In this document: positions 49,701-62,400 of the stretch, piece after piece
How the letters are laid out: each line of letters begins with the position of its first letter
Position numbering within the stretch: the stretch's first letter is position 1
Assembly: GCA_036172245.1 (NCBI GenBank)
Contig: JAYWIR010000046.1
Location: 682,001-746,000 of the forward strand
DNA from: Raillietiella orientalis
Taxonomy: Eukaryota
Direction of reading: 5' to 3'
Length of the DNA stretch: 64,000 bases
Notes under the pieces: generated by a model
Seen by the model: the letters and a program-made list of their open reading frames with translations, nothing else
What the model was told of the DNA's origin: nothing
Databases searched by the model: none
Position numbers and translations under genes: made by a program

Positions 49701-52700
49701 GAGGAAATTTTCGGAAACATTTCAATGGTGATCTATCTTTCTTTTTGGCATATCCTTCAATCCATTGCTCGTTTACTCACATTTCGAAAGACCACAACAG
49801 AAAATAATGTCCTCAACACTTTTCAGTTCATCTGACTAAATTCAAAAATCGAATCAGCTTTAACGGCGGAAGCTGACAAATTTACAAAACCCAGAATACG
49901 ACTGTGTTTCTAATGAAGAAGCTGAAAATTCAACTTCTTGCACAAGAATATTCCCAATATTCTGGCTTGCACGCCAGTCCTGTATCATACGCTTAGACAC
50001 AGAATGCACAGCTATTGATTCTCTGATTTATTTTTCCAATCGTGTGATTCCTGCCTACGCCTTGTTATGTTATTATGGATGTAACTGCCCCATTTATCAA
50101 AAGTTTCTGCAGTTTACGTTGCCACGTGCTTATCTAGAAAAAATAGTTCATGCTTGGTTTCTGGTTCCTTGAGAGCGAACCATTTAGACGTGGCTGCAAA
50201 ATTTTTCTCTGTAAAGCAAATTATCCTGCTTCATGAAATAGATCTTCCAAAGCAAGTTCGTGAACACATTCATAGCAGCGGCTTTCTTGAAGGGGGCAAT
50301 ACAAGCAGGCAAGTTATTTATGCTTTCTTTTTTATCTTCACTTTTAATTTCAAGCACTTGCGAGGTAGCCGTTTTGGAGCCCTGTGATTTTTAATTCAAA
50401 CGGTTTGCTCCAGCAGTGCAATTTCTTGATACTCGGGCTGCCTCTCTGTGACTTCCCCATCCAAAGAATGGAAATTTTCTGCATTTTCGCCGTCTGCGTT
50501 TTCCGGTGTGCTCTCTCATTAAACACCCTTGAAACAGAAATGAAATCAGAGAGGATCTACATGATTTTTGTTTTCTGAATGCAAAAGGGCCATCTGAAAA
50601 TCTAATCAAATTGAATAAGCAAGGGGAAGTATTGAGAGTATTAATATTCAAAATGTGGCCAATGAGAAAATCATCCCGCATTCATAATCAGAAACTGTGT
50701 GTAGAAGCGTGGTGCTTCGGAAAGTGACCCTACAGATTCCGAAAATCGTGTGGATCTGCTGACGAGGATAACTGCTCCTCTGAATTCCATAATCCTTTTT
50801 TTTTCTGAAACAACGGACCAAAATGAGAAAAGATTCTTTGCATTCTTTGAATCGATTTTATGAATGTTCTCTGTGTGAAAAATAGGCACAGCAAACGAAA
50901 GGTTTGAATAACACTTCAGAAACATTGCTCTAGCCTGTGGAGGAAAAACCTGTGCTCCTCAAGGGCAAGGTAAAATGGAATGATTGCGGAATCCCTGATG
51001 ATAGAACGCAAGAACGCAGATTTGTTAATTTTTTTAGCATCTGAAAAACTAATTTCTAGCTGTCATTTCGATCACTATAGGGATGCAGCATTAAGAAACA
51101 GATTTTGAAATTACTATTGCTACAGGATATAAGTCTGCCTGTGAGGGTGGTCACACAACAGGGTGATTTGAAACTTTTCCTAGAGATGAATGCACTTATA
51201 TATAAAAAAAAAAAACATGTTCCGATGTAGAGAGATTTTCTAAGGCCTCAGTGATGACATCGCAGTTGGTGCAACAGAATTCTGGTGCATTTAGAGACGA
51301 AATATGAACTCCCCCTTCACCACCCTTACGTAACGCAAGCATTTTCCATCAATAGTTTTTCCGACATCCATCTGCTTCTAACACCATAATCCCACAGCAT
51401 TAATTTGGAAAAAGTACTTTGAAAGGAAAAAAAGCATGGAGAAATCCAGTGCAGGTTTTGAACTTTCTCGTCCCTAAGCTCCGAAGATGGAGAATTTTCA
51501 AATTCCGATGTTCTGACGAAATAAGGATTTCGCAAGTGCAAAAATGGCCATCTGCCATTTGCAGTTCTGGCAACTAACTGCGAAAGCGCTCTCGAATTCA
51601 AACTCTATTATCCTCAGGTGCCACCCATATCTTCAGTTTCGAAGAAAAGGCAGAAAACTGGGAATGCGAAGTTGCAAACCGCGTGCGCAGAGGGTGATCG
51701 AAAGGGATTTCACATCATCGTGTTGTGAAGAGCATTGATTTTTGCGACGAGACATAAGCGAAAATCGATAATAAGCCAAAACAGTTTTAAAATCAAATCA
51801 TTAAGTAAACGCTTGCAAATACGACAAGAACGTCTGTAGAGGCGATGTTGCACATTTCTTCAGAGACCCACCGTGTGATTTGTTGGTGCATAAGACAAAC
51901 ACACACAACATCTACACAAAGAGAAAAAGGGAGATGCAAAACATACTGAGGTCTGCAAATTCGTTTTCATTAGCGGCTCCCCCTCTGAGACGAAGTCAAT
52001 TCTCCTAAAACAGCATGGAGCGTAATTATCGTCAAACCTCATATCGGTCAGAAATAATGTGATCGAAAAGCATGAAAGCTTTACTCTTCCATTGCAACCG
52101 CATGGAGAACAGATGCTTCCCTCAAAGTGCCAATAAAGAGATGCAGCATGCACAGGAAGCAGATCTTGAATATGCTTTTCTGCTTTCCTGATTTCTTGGG
52201 CGTTTCAGACGTAAATTCCTTCAAAATAAGCAAGAAAGTGAATGCAGGTTTTGCTTCCTATCGTACCTGAGCATACGTAAATAAGATAACACTCCTAACA
52301 CTTTCTTCCTGTTCTATAGCAGTAATGTTGAGAGGGAGACGAAGGATCTCTCTGGACGCACAAACCAGAAGTTCCTTTCACTGTTAATAGAAGAAGGCAA
52401 AGAACGCAAGAAAAAAAAACTTGGCCTCAACTTCGTGGGAATGAAAGCTGCTTTCTTGCATTCAGTGGAATGTTTGGTGAATGATCGGTACAGATGAATT
52501 ACATTTTCTATTCACAGAACTAACACCAATATAGAATGAAGTGGAACAGATATTTCGATAACTCTGGGAAGGGAAGTCGACATCCATAACGGACAGCGAA
52601 GAGGTGCACGGAAGGTAAGGAGAATGCGATGACCAAGCTCCGATGGTGGCTCACATCGAGAGCTCCCCAAGTACTGAGATGCGGAATGAAAGGTTTAGAT

Positions 52701-55685
52701 GAACGGAAAGTAGTTAAGCTAATTACGCATCATAGCATCGCAACATGATTGCTTGCTGTATTATTTTAGTGATTTCTTGTAGACATGCTTTCCATTCCTC
52801 AAAGGGTGGCGAAAGTTTTCATTGAAGAATGACGTCTGTAAGAAACCAACTCCCCCATAAGGACGATAATTATGGGAAACAGAAAACTCCATCATCTTCA
52901 GTATGAGGAAAAAGGGAAGAAATCCACGTTCTTGCTGTAGTCTGAATTAGTCTGAATTGCACCTGACTCAGATGGCAATCGGTCCAAAACCAAACGTAGT
53001 AAGCAATTAGCAGCTGATGCCGTTGTTGATCGATCAAAACACAAAGATGGTGGTTTTCACGAGAGATCCCGAATGTCGATGTGCACGCTTCCATCATCTG
53101 CAGAGGTCTGAAATGACATCTCATAAACCATCTTCCTATTTGATGAAAGGCTTTTTCGAAGCCACTAATAAAATCTTTCGGCATTTCTGGGTAAAAACTC
53201 CTAGGAGGGCTTGATGCTTCCCCTCTCATACTGAGATGACTTTGAGGTTTCCATCCATGATTTGGGGGTTCATGTTTTCCGTGCCTGGAACACTCAGTGC
53301 TCCAGAAAAAAGATTATCGGGGATGGGGAAATGTTCAAGGAACAAATCCCTGCTCTCTTCGAAAGAACAATTCTGAATTCTAAAAAATGGGTGGAAAATA
53401 GTTCCGGGACGTGGAAGCCTCAAATCAACATCATGTAAACAGGAACGTTTGCAGATTCATCGTCTGCATCTTCGCTTCCAAGAGCTTTTTCCTATGTGAC
53501 TGCATTATGTGCAGCAGCTTCCAGAAAATCAAACCAGAGCCGATAAGGGATGTTTGGAAAAATATAGCTTTATTCGCTGCAAGTCAAATAAGAGATGCAG
53601 GACAGAGCGGTGCAAACGGTCCAAGGAATCAATTTGAATAAAATTGGGAAATGATGCAGTCATCTTTTTTCCATTTTTTTCTTTCTGATTTACATACTTA
53701 TGAGGACATTCCTTCATATTCCCATTACGGTTTTCAAAAGATTCAAATGTATCTTCAAAAATCCATATTTTGTTTACAAACTCTCACTTTCTTTTGAATT
53801 TTCTTGGTCTGTTTTCCAGCAGCTGTGGCCTCTGCCAATTCAGGTTACCGTTGCCGAGCAGGAGCTGTCTGATTTCTCCTTTTTGTTTTTAGGCAAATTC
53901 CCAACGCCGAAGCTTTCGCCTCACTTGGACGACAGGCATTTCTTTCCTATGAACAGAGGTCTTGTGCCGAGTCAGAGTGCCTTGACGCGGAAGCCTTATA
54001 AGGTCTAATTAGCTCCCGTGCTTCCCGCTTTCCAAAAGGTTCAGTCCCTTCTCCAAATTGACTCTTTCGCGTAATTCATGTTGGCGGGTGAATTTTACTC
54101 TGTTGCTTCTAGAGAAAGACCGGACGTGCATTTCTTCACCTTGGTCCAAGCGAGCAAACCTCTCCGTCGAAATTCGTTCATTTAGAATTCGCATTGCTAC
54201 AACCTTTTCCACATCACAAGTTGGCTCTTTTGAAGATCCGAGAGAACGAGCTCTTTCAGACACTCAACAAAAGTTTCCTAGAAGAATCTTGGAAAAGCAA
54301 GCATACAATACGAAACAAAAATACAAAAAAAACAATAGGTTTCAGTTCCTAGCAAAGGAACACCCCGTTTATTGGGAATTCAAAAATCACTAGTTGATCC
54401 AAAGAGTGATTCTATTAAATCGAGTCTTCAGCTGAGGATTTCTTTAGCCAAAAAAAGGAAAGAAAAAAGAAAGGGAGGAAAGAAATGGCTCCATATTCAA
54501 GGCATTTATGATGTGATTATCTTTCTTATGTGCTTCTGGCATCCAAGAACTTTGGAAGTTTCCTTAGTTCTACGTGCAAGAAAAATGAAGACGAAATACT
54601 TGAAGGAGAATATGAAATTTCCTTCAGTCTCTCTCAAGTGGATGGAGAATGGAGAATGCTTAAAGTAAAAAAGACAAGATAGCTTTCGTCTGCTATTGGA
54701 GGCAGGAACAGTCGACTGAAACGACTCTTTCCCTTTCATCAGTGCTTCAATGTTAACACCTAGATATTTTAGTACTACCAGCCTATTTTTGCTTCCTTGA
54801 TTTGCAAAATGTGTTCCACTTAAGGATGCCATCCAATGAAAACTGAAATTTGTTATGATGAAGCGACTGGAAACTTCTGGATCAAGAGCATTTCGGAATC
54901 GGAATCTATACTTTTAGAGGAAAAATTGAAAGTCTTTCAGAGTTCTTGAATGCTGAGGTAAAAGCTATCTAACTCAAATGCCAGTACATCCTCCCTCACA
55001 TTCAATGAATTCACTGCTCTGCTGAAAGAATAAGACGGATGATTTTCAAGTACAACAACAGAGTTTGGATTTCTTTCCGATCTGCTGTCCAAATCGAGCA
55101 CAATAGTGACCTGTTTCCAAGAGTGGGTTGCATTCTCAAGTGGAGGGAAAATCCTCCGATTCAAATAAAGGAGAATTTTCCTGGGTTTCCACTACAACAC
55201 GCCCCCTTCCATGCGACAGTTTCCTTGGCTTCGTTAGTGCATTTATTCTGTTGGTTGTTTTCTAGATCCTAGAAACATGGATTTTCTCTGCTTAGTGTCC
55301 AGCGAAGTCTGGAATGATGCTAAATTATATTTTGAATCCATAATCTTCATTTATTTTCAAATGGGGAAATAGCAGGTTATCTTTTTTTTTCCCTGGGTAA
55401 CCAAGCAGTAGGGATGATAAATATATACATAATACAACTTCGGTATGGGGACAGGAGGAAATGAGTTCAACCTTACTGACATCACGCCACGACTTTATTA
55501 GGATACGCTTACATGACCTGATCAGCAGTATCTGGAACCGCTTATTCATAATCGCAGTAACCCATTAGAGTTCACACTAGATGCCGATTTTGGCTGAAGT
55601 TTTCGTTTAAAAACAGCTTTTAAGAAAGAAATGTCCTCTTCCTTCACCGAGACATCATGATACCATGAGTACTGTAATTATGCAG

Positions 55686-56271
55686 CTTTCCCCAGGTCCG
55701 ACAAGAGGTGGGATGAATTTATTTGACAACCAAAACAAAGGTACAATCATAACAATGTCAACGAATCGCACTCATTCGGTCACATTCCATCTGTGGATTC
55801 TCACAGTGCTCTGTTTTCACACACAGTGTTCTTTTGGATGTCACCATTGGGGTTGTTTTCTTTGGATAGGACCACTGGGGGCTGGAGGGCAGTTCAGTCG
55901 CTCGGACCACGTCCGCTATCTTCTGCAAGATGTAGCAGTACGTCCAGACGGCTATCCTGCCGTAATTCCTGATCCCTATCTCTCGTCTTGTCAGTTCCTC
56001 CAATATGCTGATGGTAGAAGCTCCCATATTGCCCATTTTTGCCTTTCTTATTCCGACTCTCGTATGAAGAGAGCGCTGATGGTCCGAACCATGGGATTGT
56101 ACCGCGGAACGTTTGTACCATGGAAAATCCCCGGTAAAATCCGCACTCTTCTGGTGCTCTGCAGGCCAAATACCGCCTTCAGCGTGCTCCAGTCCTGGAG
56201 CAGCGTCGATCAGGTGAGGATGCGGAGCTGGGTTTCCCTGCTGTCACATGCGTTGCAGAGCTCGTCTTCCA
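55686..56271 (-). mobile_element. 5'-truncated family A LINE 3' fragment
   Basis: EDELCNACD...PRYNPMVRTISALF...RREIGIRNYGRIAVWTYCYILQKI is paralogous to 56400-56790 (EDEDCQACG...PCYNPVVRTTIALF...QKEIGIRNCGRLQAWTYRYILKRI). It has its own terminal motif at 55686-55723. Confidence 0.85.
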
Positions 56272-57908
56272 TTTTCCCCAAGTCCCACAAGGGGTGGGGT
56301 AAATTTATTTACTTACAATTCACTATTTCACTTAAACTGTTTGGGGTTTCATTAGTTTCTGCACTTTAAGGTGGATTCCTTGGTGTTGTTGCCTGAGCGT
56401 CGTCCTCAATCCTCTTCAGGATGTAACGGTACGTCCAGGCCTGGAGTCTACCACAATTCCTAATGCCGATCTCCTTCTGGATTAATCCTTGTAGAATCTC
56501 CATCACGGATGCTCCTCTCTCGCCTGCAGCTTTCCTCATTTTCTACCACCGCACAAGTATAGCGGTGATGAAGAGAGCAATGGTGGTTCTTACCACTGGG
56601 TTGTAACAGGGAACATTTCTAGTTCCCTGAAACATCCCGGCAAGTATTTCCATCACTGAAGTGGTGGTTATTCCTATGATCCTTTTCAGGATCAACCAGT
56701 CTCGAAGCAATGTGGGGCACGTCAAGACGTGTAGTCTCGTGTTATGTCTCCACATGCCTGGCAGTCTTCATCTTCCCACTTTCCAGTAAAGTATTTGAAT
56801 CTGGATCCACTCAGAATTCCTCCATGACAGAACATCAGGAGGTTGTCCTGGGTGTCCGGCGGAAGGTGTCGGCACTCCTCCATAGCGTCGTGCCAATCGC
56901 TAACAGGTTGATCCTGTCACTCCCGTAGCGATCGGGCATTGGTATCTTTATCATCTTCGGTTATTAGTTTTTGAAGGTTTTGCTTGTTCACCCTGGACCA
57001 GGCGAAGTCCCTGTGGTTTTTCCACACTTCGCATGTCCTATGGGTGAATCCTCCTAACATCATTTCTATATACTGAAGTACTCGAGAATGATGTAGGTAC
57101 CCTCCTTTTCTCCATTCCTGTATTCGTTGCATGGTAACTCTGGGCCGCTGGTAGATCCAGCTTCTCGTGCCCGAGGGCACCCGAAGCATCCAAGGAATCA
57201 CCAGAATGGATTACTCCTGCCAGAGTTCCTTGCTTCTGGGAACGATCTTTAGTCGGTGCTTTCGCATCAGTTTTTGTTTCCTCCTCCAGGTGGGGTCAAT
57301 GGTGGACCATTCCCCTGCTCGGCCTAGCAGTGCAATCATCAGGCCTTTCGAGTTGTTTAACAACATCGAATAGGCCCTGTGAGCTGCATAAGGCCAGTCA
57401 TCCCAAGAGCGGCGATATCCAGGATGTGTCGCGTATCCATGATTTCCATGGAGAGTGCGAGCGATTTCATCCCGGAACCGCCCTCCTCCTTAGGACGACA
57501 CAGGAGTTTAAGTGTTGCTCTTGGTCCATATGTTCCCCATAGGGTTTTTCGTTGCAGCTTTTCAACTTCTCTCATGATATCCTTGTTCATTCTGGCGAAT
57601 GCCGCTCCGAAGAGTACTTTTGGAAGGAGTACTCTGTTCCAAAGATTGGCCTTCCTCCTCATGCCAAGATCCAATAAGGTGTACTTTGCTGCTTCTTTTG
57701 CTTCTTTTGCTCTAGGATTCCTGTCCACAATAGTTTCGACGCGAAGTCGTCACCAATGTGAACTCCACGCTAAATATCTATATTTAGCGTGGTCCACTGT
57801 TTGGAATCCCCTTCTCATGAGCACGGAGATGTCCAGAATTCCAACAGGTAAAAGTTGGCTTTTCTGGGCATTGATTTTAAAGCCCTTTTTCCATCGGCTC
57901 GATCACAT

Positions 57909-58655
57909 TCAAGAACGCTTTCTGTTTTCTTCCCCTTTAATGAAGAAAACGAGGTCATCCGCGTCGGCCAGGTGTGTAAGCTTCTGACCATCAGCGGTAA
58001 TTCCGTGCAAATGTCCGCTTCTTTCAATGAAAGAAGACAGTGCCTCCATATAGATGACGAACAGCATTGGACTTAGTGAGTCGCCTTGGCGGACTCCCCG
58101 TTCCATCCTGATAGCTGCCGTCTCTTCCCCATTAATCCTAATTCGAAAACACTGCTTCCAGAGTATCATCCTCACAAAGTTGCTGAAATATTCCGGAAGA
58201 CCCAGCTTTTCCAGAATTTTGAGCAGCATCCCATGATCGATGATGTCAAAGGCTTTCTCCATGTCAGTGAATACCAGCACTAGGTTCTCACAGATAAATC
58301 GGCAGAGTCCCACAGTGGCACACTTGACGTTGTCCGACGTGTGGCGTTCGGGCACCGCACATGTCTGGACGGGAGAAATAAGCCTTGACGTTACTTTGCC
58401 TAAGCGGGTTGGCCCAAAGCTTTGCCAACCACTTGGCATCAGAGTTCAGGATTGAGATTGGCCTCCATTGGGCAACCTCGGTTAAGTCGCTCCTTTTGGC
58501 AGCAATCTTATCCTACTCTCGTAGAAGATTTTAATAATCGTCCTTCTTCTCGGATGCGGGGGGTCGGCTGGTGGAACAAACGCAGGTAGACATGCAGGTA
58601 CCGCTGCTAGTGCGTGATGGGAACACTATCAGGTCCTGCCGCTACGTTCTTGAAT
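57909..58655 (-). pseudogene. Reverse transcriptase domain of LINE ORF2
   Basis: AAGPDS, QWRPISILNSD, DMEKAFD, RGVRQGDSLSPMLF and DADD in place of Y/FADD (57954-57965). Frameshifted. Confidence 0.92.
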
Positions 58656-58802
58656 AATTCTTGAAACGCAGCCTTCACCTCATCTTCGGAGAAATATTCC
58701 TCCAGTTCTTCCTTTGAAGGTCATCCGTCTTTTTTTCTAAGTGTTTCATAAAGACCTCCTGATTTGAATGGCACAATTCTTGTCTTTGGAAGTGTCCCGT
58801 TT

Positions 58803-58841
58803 AGTGCCTTTGAAGGCATCCACGATGCCTTCAAAGGCACT
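58803..58841. repeat. Perfect 18-bp-arm hairpin with 3-nt loop
   Basis: agtgcctttgaaggcatc-cac-gatgccttcaaaggcact. Confidence 0.95.
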
Positions 58842-58970
58842 TCAAAGGCCGTTGTATGTCGGCTGTAGCCGCCGTATTGGATACAGAAGATATCTGTTGC
58901 CAGATTCTTCTTTTCTAGTACGCATACTTCCCCTTTAACATTTCGGAAGTCGTACCGACTCTCGTACTGT

Positions 58971-59880
58971 TCATAGTACCTTGAGAGTGAGTGGTCTTGG
59001 GTGTTGGGTGTTTAGCTCCCGGTACGCTTCCTGCCTCAACCTCTTATCTCCAAACTGCATATTGCAGAACAAATGGACCATATGCTTCACACTGTCCCAG
59101 TCGGCGACTTTGCAGATAGTTACATCTCGCAGAATCGCCTCGATGACCTCCTGGTAGTAGGAAAGCGTCTCGAACCAGGAGGGCATGCAGATGAGCGCCG
59201 CCCTGGTAACATTGTTTTGCCGAGGATTTTCTGTTCGGAGAGAGAACCGCAGCAACGGATGATCGGACAGCAAAGTTCGCATGTCACGAAATCCTTGTAT
59301 GCGGTTCTCGATTCCCGAACTATGTAGGACGTGGTCGATGGGCTTGTGGCTAGCTGTTCGCCACTGAAGTCCGAAATCATCGGACAGCCGCCGATACGCC
59401 GTCCTTTCTCTATCGTCCTGGGAATGAGTGATCTCGTTCAAAATATTTAGATGGCTCGCGATAATAATGATGTCTTTTGGTGCTACTCGTTTGCGGAGCG
59501 CTTCATGCAAGGTTTCCGCGCACCTGTGTTTTAGTTTATGTGGTCCGTATATGTTCACCAGGAACAGATGAACGTTGACGGACCAAGCTAGCCGTACGCC
59601 GATGACTCGTCCCGACATTGGACAGAAGGTTTCCAGAATGGTGTGGGCGAGCTCATTTTTGATGAGGATCGCCACCCCCATGGTTTTCTTCTGTCCTTCG
59701 CTGACAAACAGTTGGCCGTTCAAGCGGCGTTCCAAGTCGAGGGTGATCTGGTATCCCAGCTGATGGGTCTCTTGTAAACATATGATGTCTTGTTGTGTGA
59801 TGATCCGCACAATCCTTTTTCTTTTTCCTTGGTCCGTCAGTCCATTAACATTCCAGGAGGCAATGTTAATTCTCCTGGTA
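58971..59880 (-). pseudogene. APE endonuclease domain of LINE ORF2
   Basis: INIASWNVNGL, DIICLQETH, GVAILI, VNIYGP, IDHVL and SDH. The GDFN motif is degenerate (SHLN). Confidence 0.92.
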
Positions 59881-60924
59881 GTAGATAAGCTCAGAGATAG
59901 TCTTCGATGTTGCCAGTCCAGCTCCCACTCAGGATGCCTCCATGGTAAAACAGGAAGAGGTCGTCCTGCATGTCTGATGGCAGGTCGCTCTTCCTGTTTT
60001 ACCATGGAGGCTAGTTCTAAGACTAGTCCTAACCGCATGCAGGTTCACCATCCAGGTACGTAGCAGTTGGCAGCCATGGCAAGGACATCTTCTTCGTAGT
60101 TCTCCTTCATTGAGTCGCGGATGTTGGCTTTGGTCGCCAAGATCCAGCCCTTGGATGCCTAATGTTTCCAAAGCTCTGGCGTCTTCCAGGTGCATTTCCC
60201 CCGCGTGCTTTGCGCATAGCGAAAAGCCGTATCTTGTGGACGTTGCCACTGGCTGCAAACTGTTCGCAGTTGCGGATGGTCATTGCAGGCCTCTGGGATA
60301 TTCAGTTCCAGGTAACCATCTTAATTTTGCAACCCTAATTAGGCGAACCACACAATCACCTCAGTGACCTCAGTAAACTCTTGAAAAATTCACCAATAAA
60401 ATCACCAGGACTACATTGATAATTGGTATTGACTATGTTGGAGCTGAAAGTCTCGATAGCTGCTCTCTACAATACGAACTAGAAAAAATGAGTTCTAACA
60501 TAACCTTCGCTTGGCAGCACAAGATGGGAATTCTTTGTTTGATCTGAAGAACCATCATTTATAAAAATGCAACTTACAAAAAATAAAACTAAGAGAATGA
60601 CAAAAACAGTAGCAACGTCCTTTGCTTTTCTCCGTTTTTTTCCTTTTACATTCAGACAGATATGGAATTGCTTGGAAATTTTCGTCCCCTCAGAAGTAGT
60701 AGGCTTTGCCTGTTTCTGTAACCGAATTAAATAGCTTTTTGCGTCTAAAGTGCTAGATTGCTGGAAGAAATAACAGTAATTGGACTACTGCAGTCGGTTT
60801 ATCTGATAGTGGGGTGTCCCAGGAGCCTTGTGCCTTCGTAATGGGCAACAGTTTATTACAGTTTATGTTTTACATTCATTTAGCTTGCTTGTGTGTGTGC
60901 ATGAAGCAGCCAACAGAATGGCAG

Positions 60925-61525
60925 GTTCAGTACGGATGAAACAGGAAACGTATGCACTCCAAGACTTCAGTTTTTCGTGTTACCCAAATGTCCAAACGAT
61001 ATGATTCCCTCTTGTAGATCAATCTACAAAGTGACTCGAATGAAAACTAACTGAAGCACTACAATACTTTGAATACCACCCATCTCTTTACTTGTTCCCT
61101 TGTCTGGACCAACGCGGTAGAATGATGCGGGGTCAATAATTCGGAAACCTACTTGAGCCTCTCATTTCGGTCATGGATGAGATTAGGAACGATCCGATTT
61201 TAAAACTGATCCTTGAGTCCTATCATTGTTACTGAGTGGTGAAATTGGGATTTCGTTAGAGTTGAGAATCACATCTTCCAGCACAAGATAATGTAAATCA
61301 AATTGTGTAAATAAGGTGAACCATCATGACCATTCTTCTTTAGAATGACGTTAGCTTCTCAGAGATAACTGTTTTTTGTGGGTTCGAATGCCTACTGTTT
61401 TTCGAAACAGCCTGGTCGATGGTCAAAGCATTCGTCTTCAGCGTGGGCAAGTGCAACCTCAACACGATCATGGATGGGCCTTCACCGAAGAGTACGTGGG
61501 CCGCTTCCACAGGCGACCCATCTGA
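60925..61525 (+). mobile_element. Decayed Merlin / ISXO2-like DDE transposase
   Basis: Ordered motifs VQ.DET (60925-60943), TDP*.SY (61205), VNH (61316), ETAWSMVK (61404-61427) and EEYVGRFHRR (61487-61516). These match the ISXO2 pattern VEIDE, TDxWxxY, VNH, IExxWxxxK, EYxxR. Confidence 0.6.
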
Positions 61526-61559
61526 CTGACGAGTACGGCTCGAGAACTGCACCCTCCTG

Positions 61560-62400
61560 AGTGCTGGTCCGCACAGCCATCCACATTTCGTCCGGCGAGT
61601 CCCTGTCTTGCAGCATCACGAAATATGCCGTGCCAGCGCATGGCACGCCTCGACGCTCACCACCCTTCCCTACGAAGACAGCTCGGGTCGCGTTCGTGGT
61701 CGCATCAGCTGCCTAAACCCAGCAGGCAAGCGACTCTTCTGTTCACCTCAGCACATTCGCCCTTCCTGCTTGCGCGACGACGCGACAACGTTCGCTTTCG
61801 GATGTGCGCACAGCCTACGGGAAACGCACTTTCCATCTGCCTGCACTACTAGGAAGTCGCCATCCCAGAGCTGCCGAACCGGCCTGAATCCGAAACGCTT
61901 GAGAATCGCGCGGTGCTCGCCATGCGAATTCAGTCTACTCGATGACGCACCTCGCTCCACCCATCTCCCCTCGTTCGACTGGCCGCGTTTCGAACTCGTC
62001 CTTTTGACGCGTTGTCCGTTTCCGGGGGCAAAGTTTCCGACTACCCGATCCACGTCCGAGCGAGCGACTTACCAGCTTCCGACGCATCTCCGGCGTCGTG
62101 CTCGCCCTTCCTCGCTTCCATTTGCCATGGTTAGCTGGAAACGATGCAGACAAGCGCAGCACTTTGGCCTTCCCCGCGGAACAGTTACAGAGCGGTCCCG
62201 ATCCATCGTTCCACTGGTTCACAAAATTCGAATCGTGGAAGCAAAGATAAGCAAAAGTTCCCCTTCGGCTAATTTTCGAAACGCACTCGGCTTATCCAGT
62301 ACAATTCCTTCGGAGACTGATAAGATCCCGCAGCGAGATTCAGCGTACCATTCACCTGATGGCTTCCTCGACTCAGCGGAGCATCTTGGCCGTCGCGCGA
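61560..62400 (-). promoter_or_regulatory. CpG-rich island with candidate first coding exon (62121-62073)
   Basis: Dense CpG against AT-rich flanks. On the minus strand ATG-EARKGEHDAGDASEA is followed by a consensus donor G|GTAAGT at 62072-62067. Confidence 0.3.

Larger units (their letters stand above)
56272..60480 (-). mobile_element. L1/Tx1-like LINE family A, best preserved copy (ORF1 partly deleted, ORF2 disrupted)
   Basis: APE, RT, CRPKEEGGSG and C-terminal Cys motif in order. 3' terminal motif at 56272-56309 and an ORF1-like remnant at about 60290-60420. Confidence 0.92.

Noticed and set aside
55665..56369. 234-aa plus-strand ORF, and likewise 57379-57987
   Set aside because: Antisense shadow of minus-strand LINE ORF2 sequence.
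60257..60271. NCEQF resembling the LRAT NCEHF motif inside the LINE
   Set aside because: A five-residue match with no other LRAT motif.
61378..61396. tRNA T-arm-like gtgggttcgaatgcctact
   Set aside because: No A-box or cloverleaf could be built, and it sits inside the Merlin remnant.
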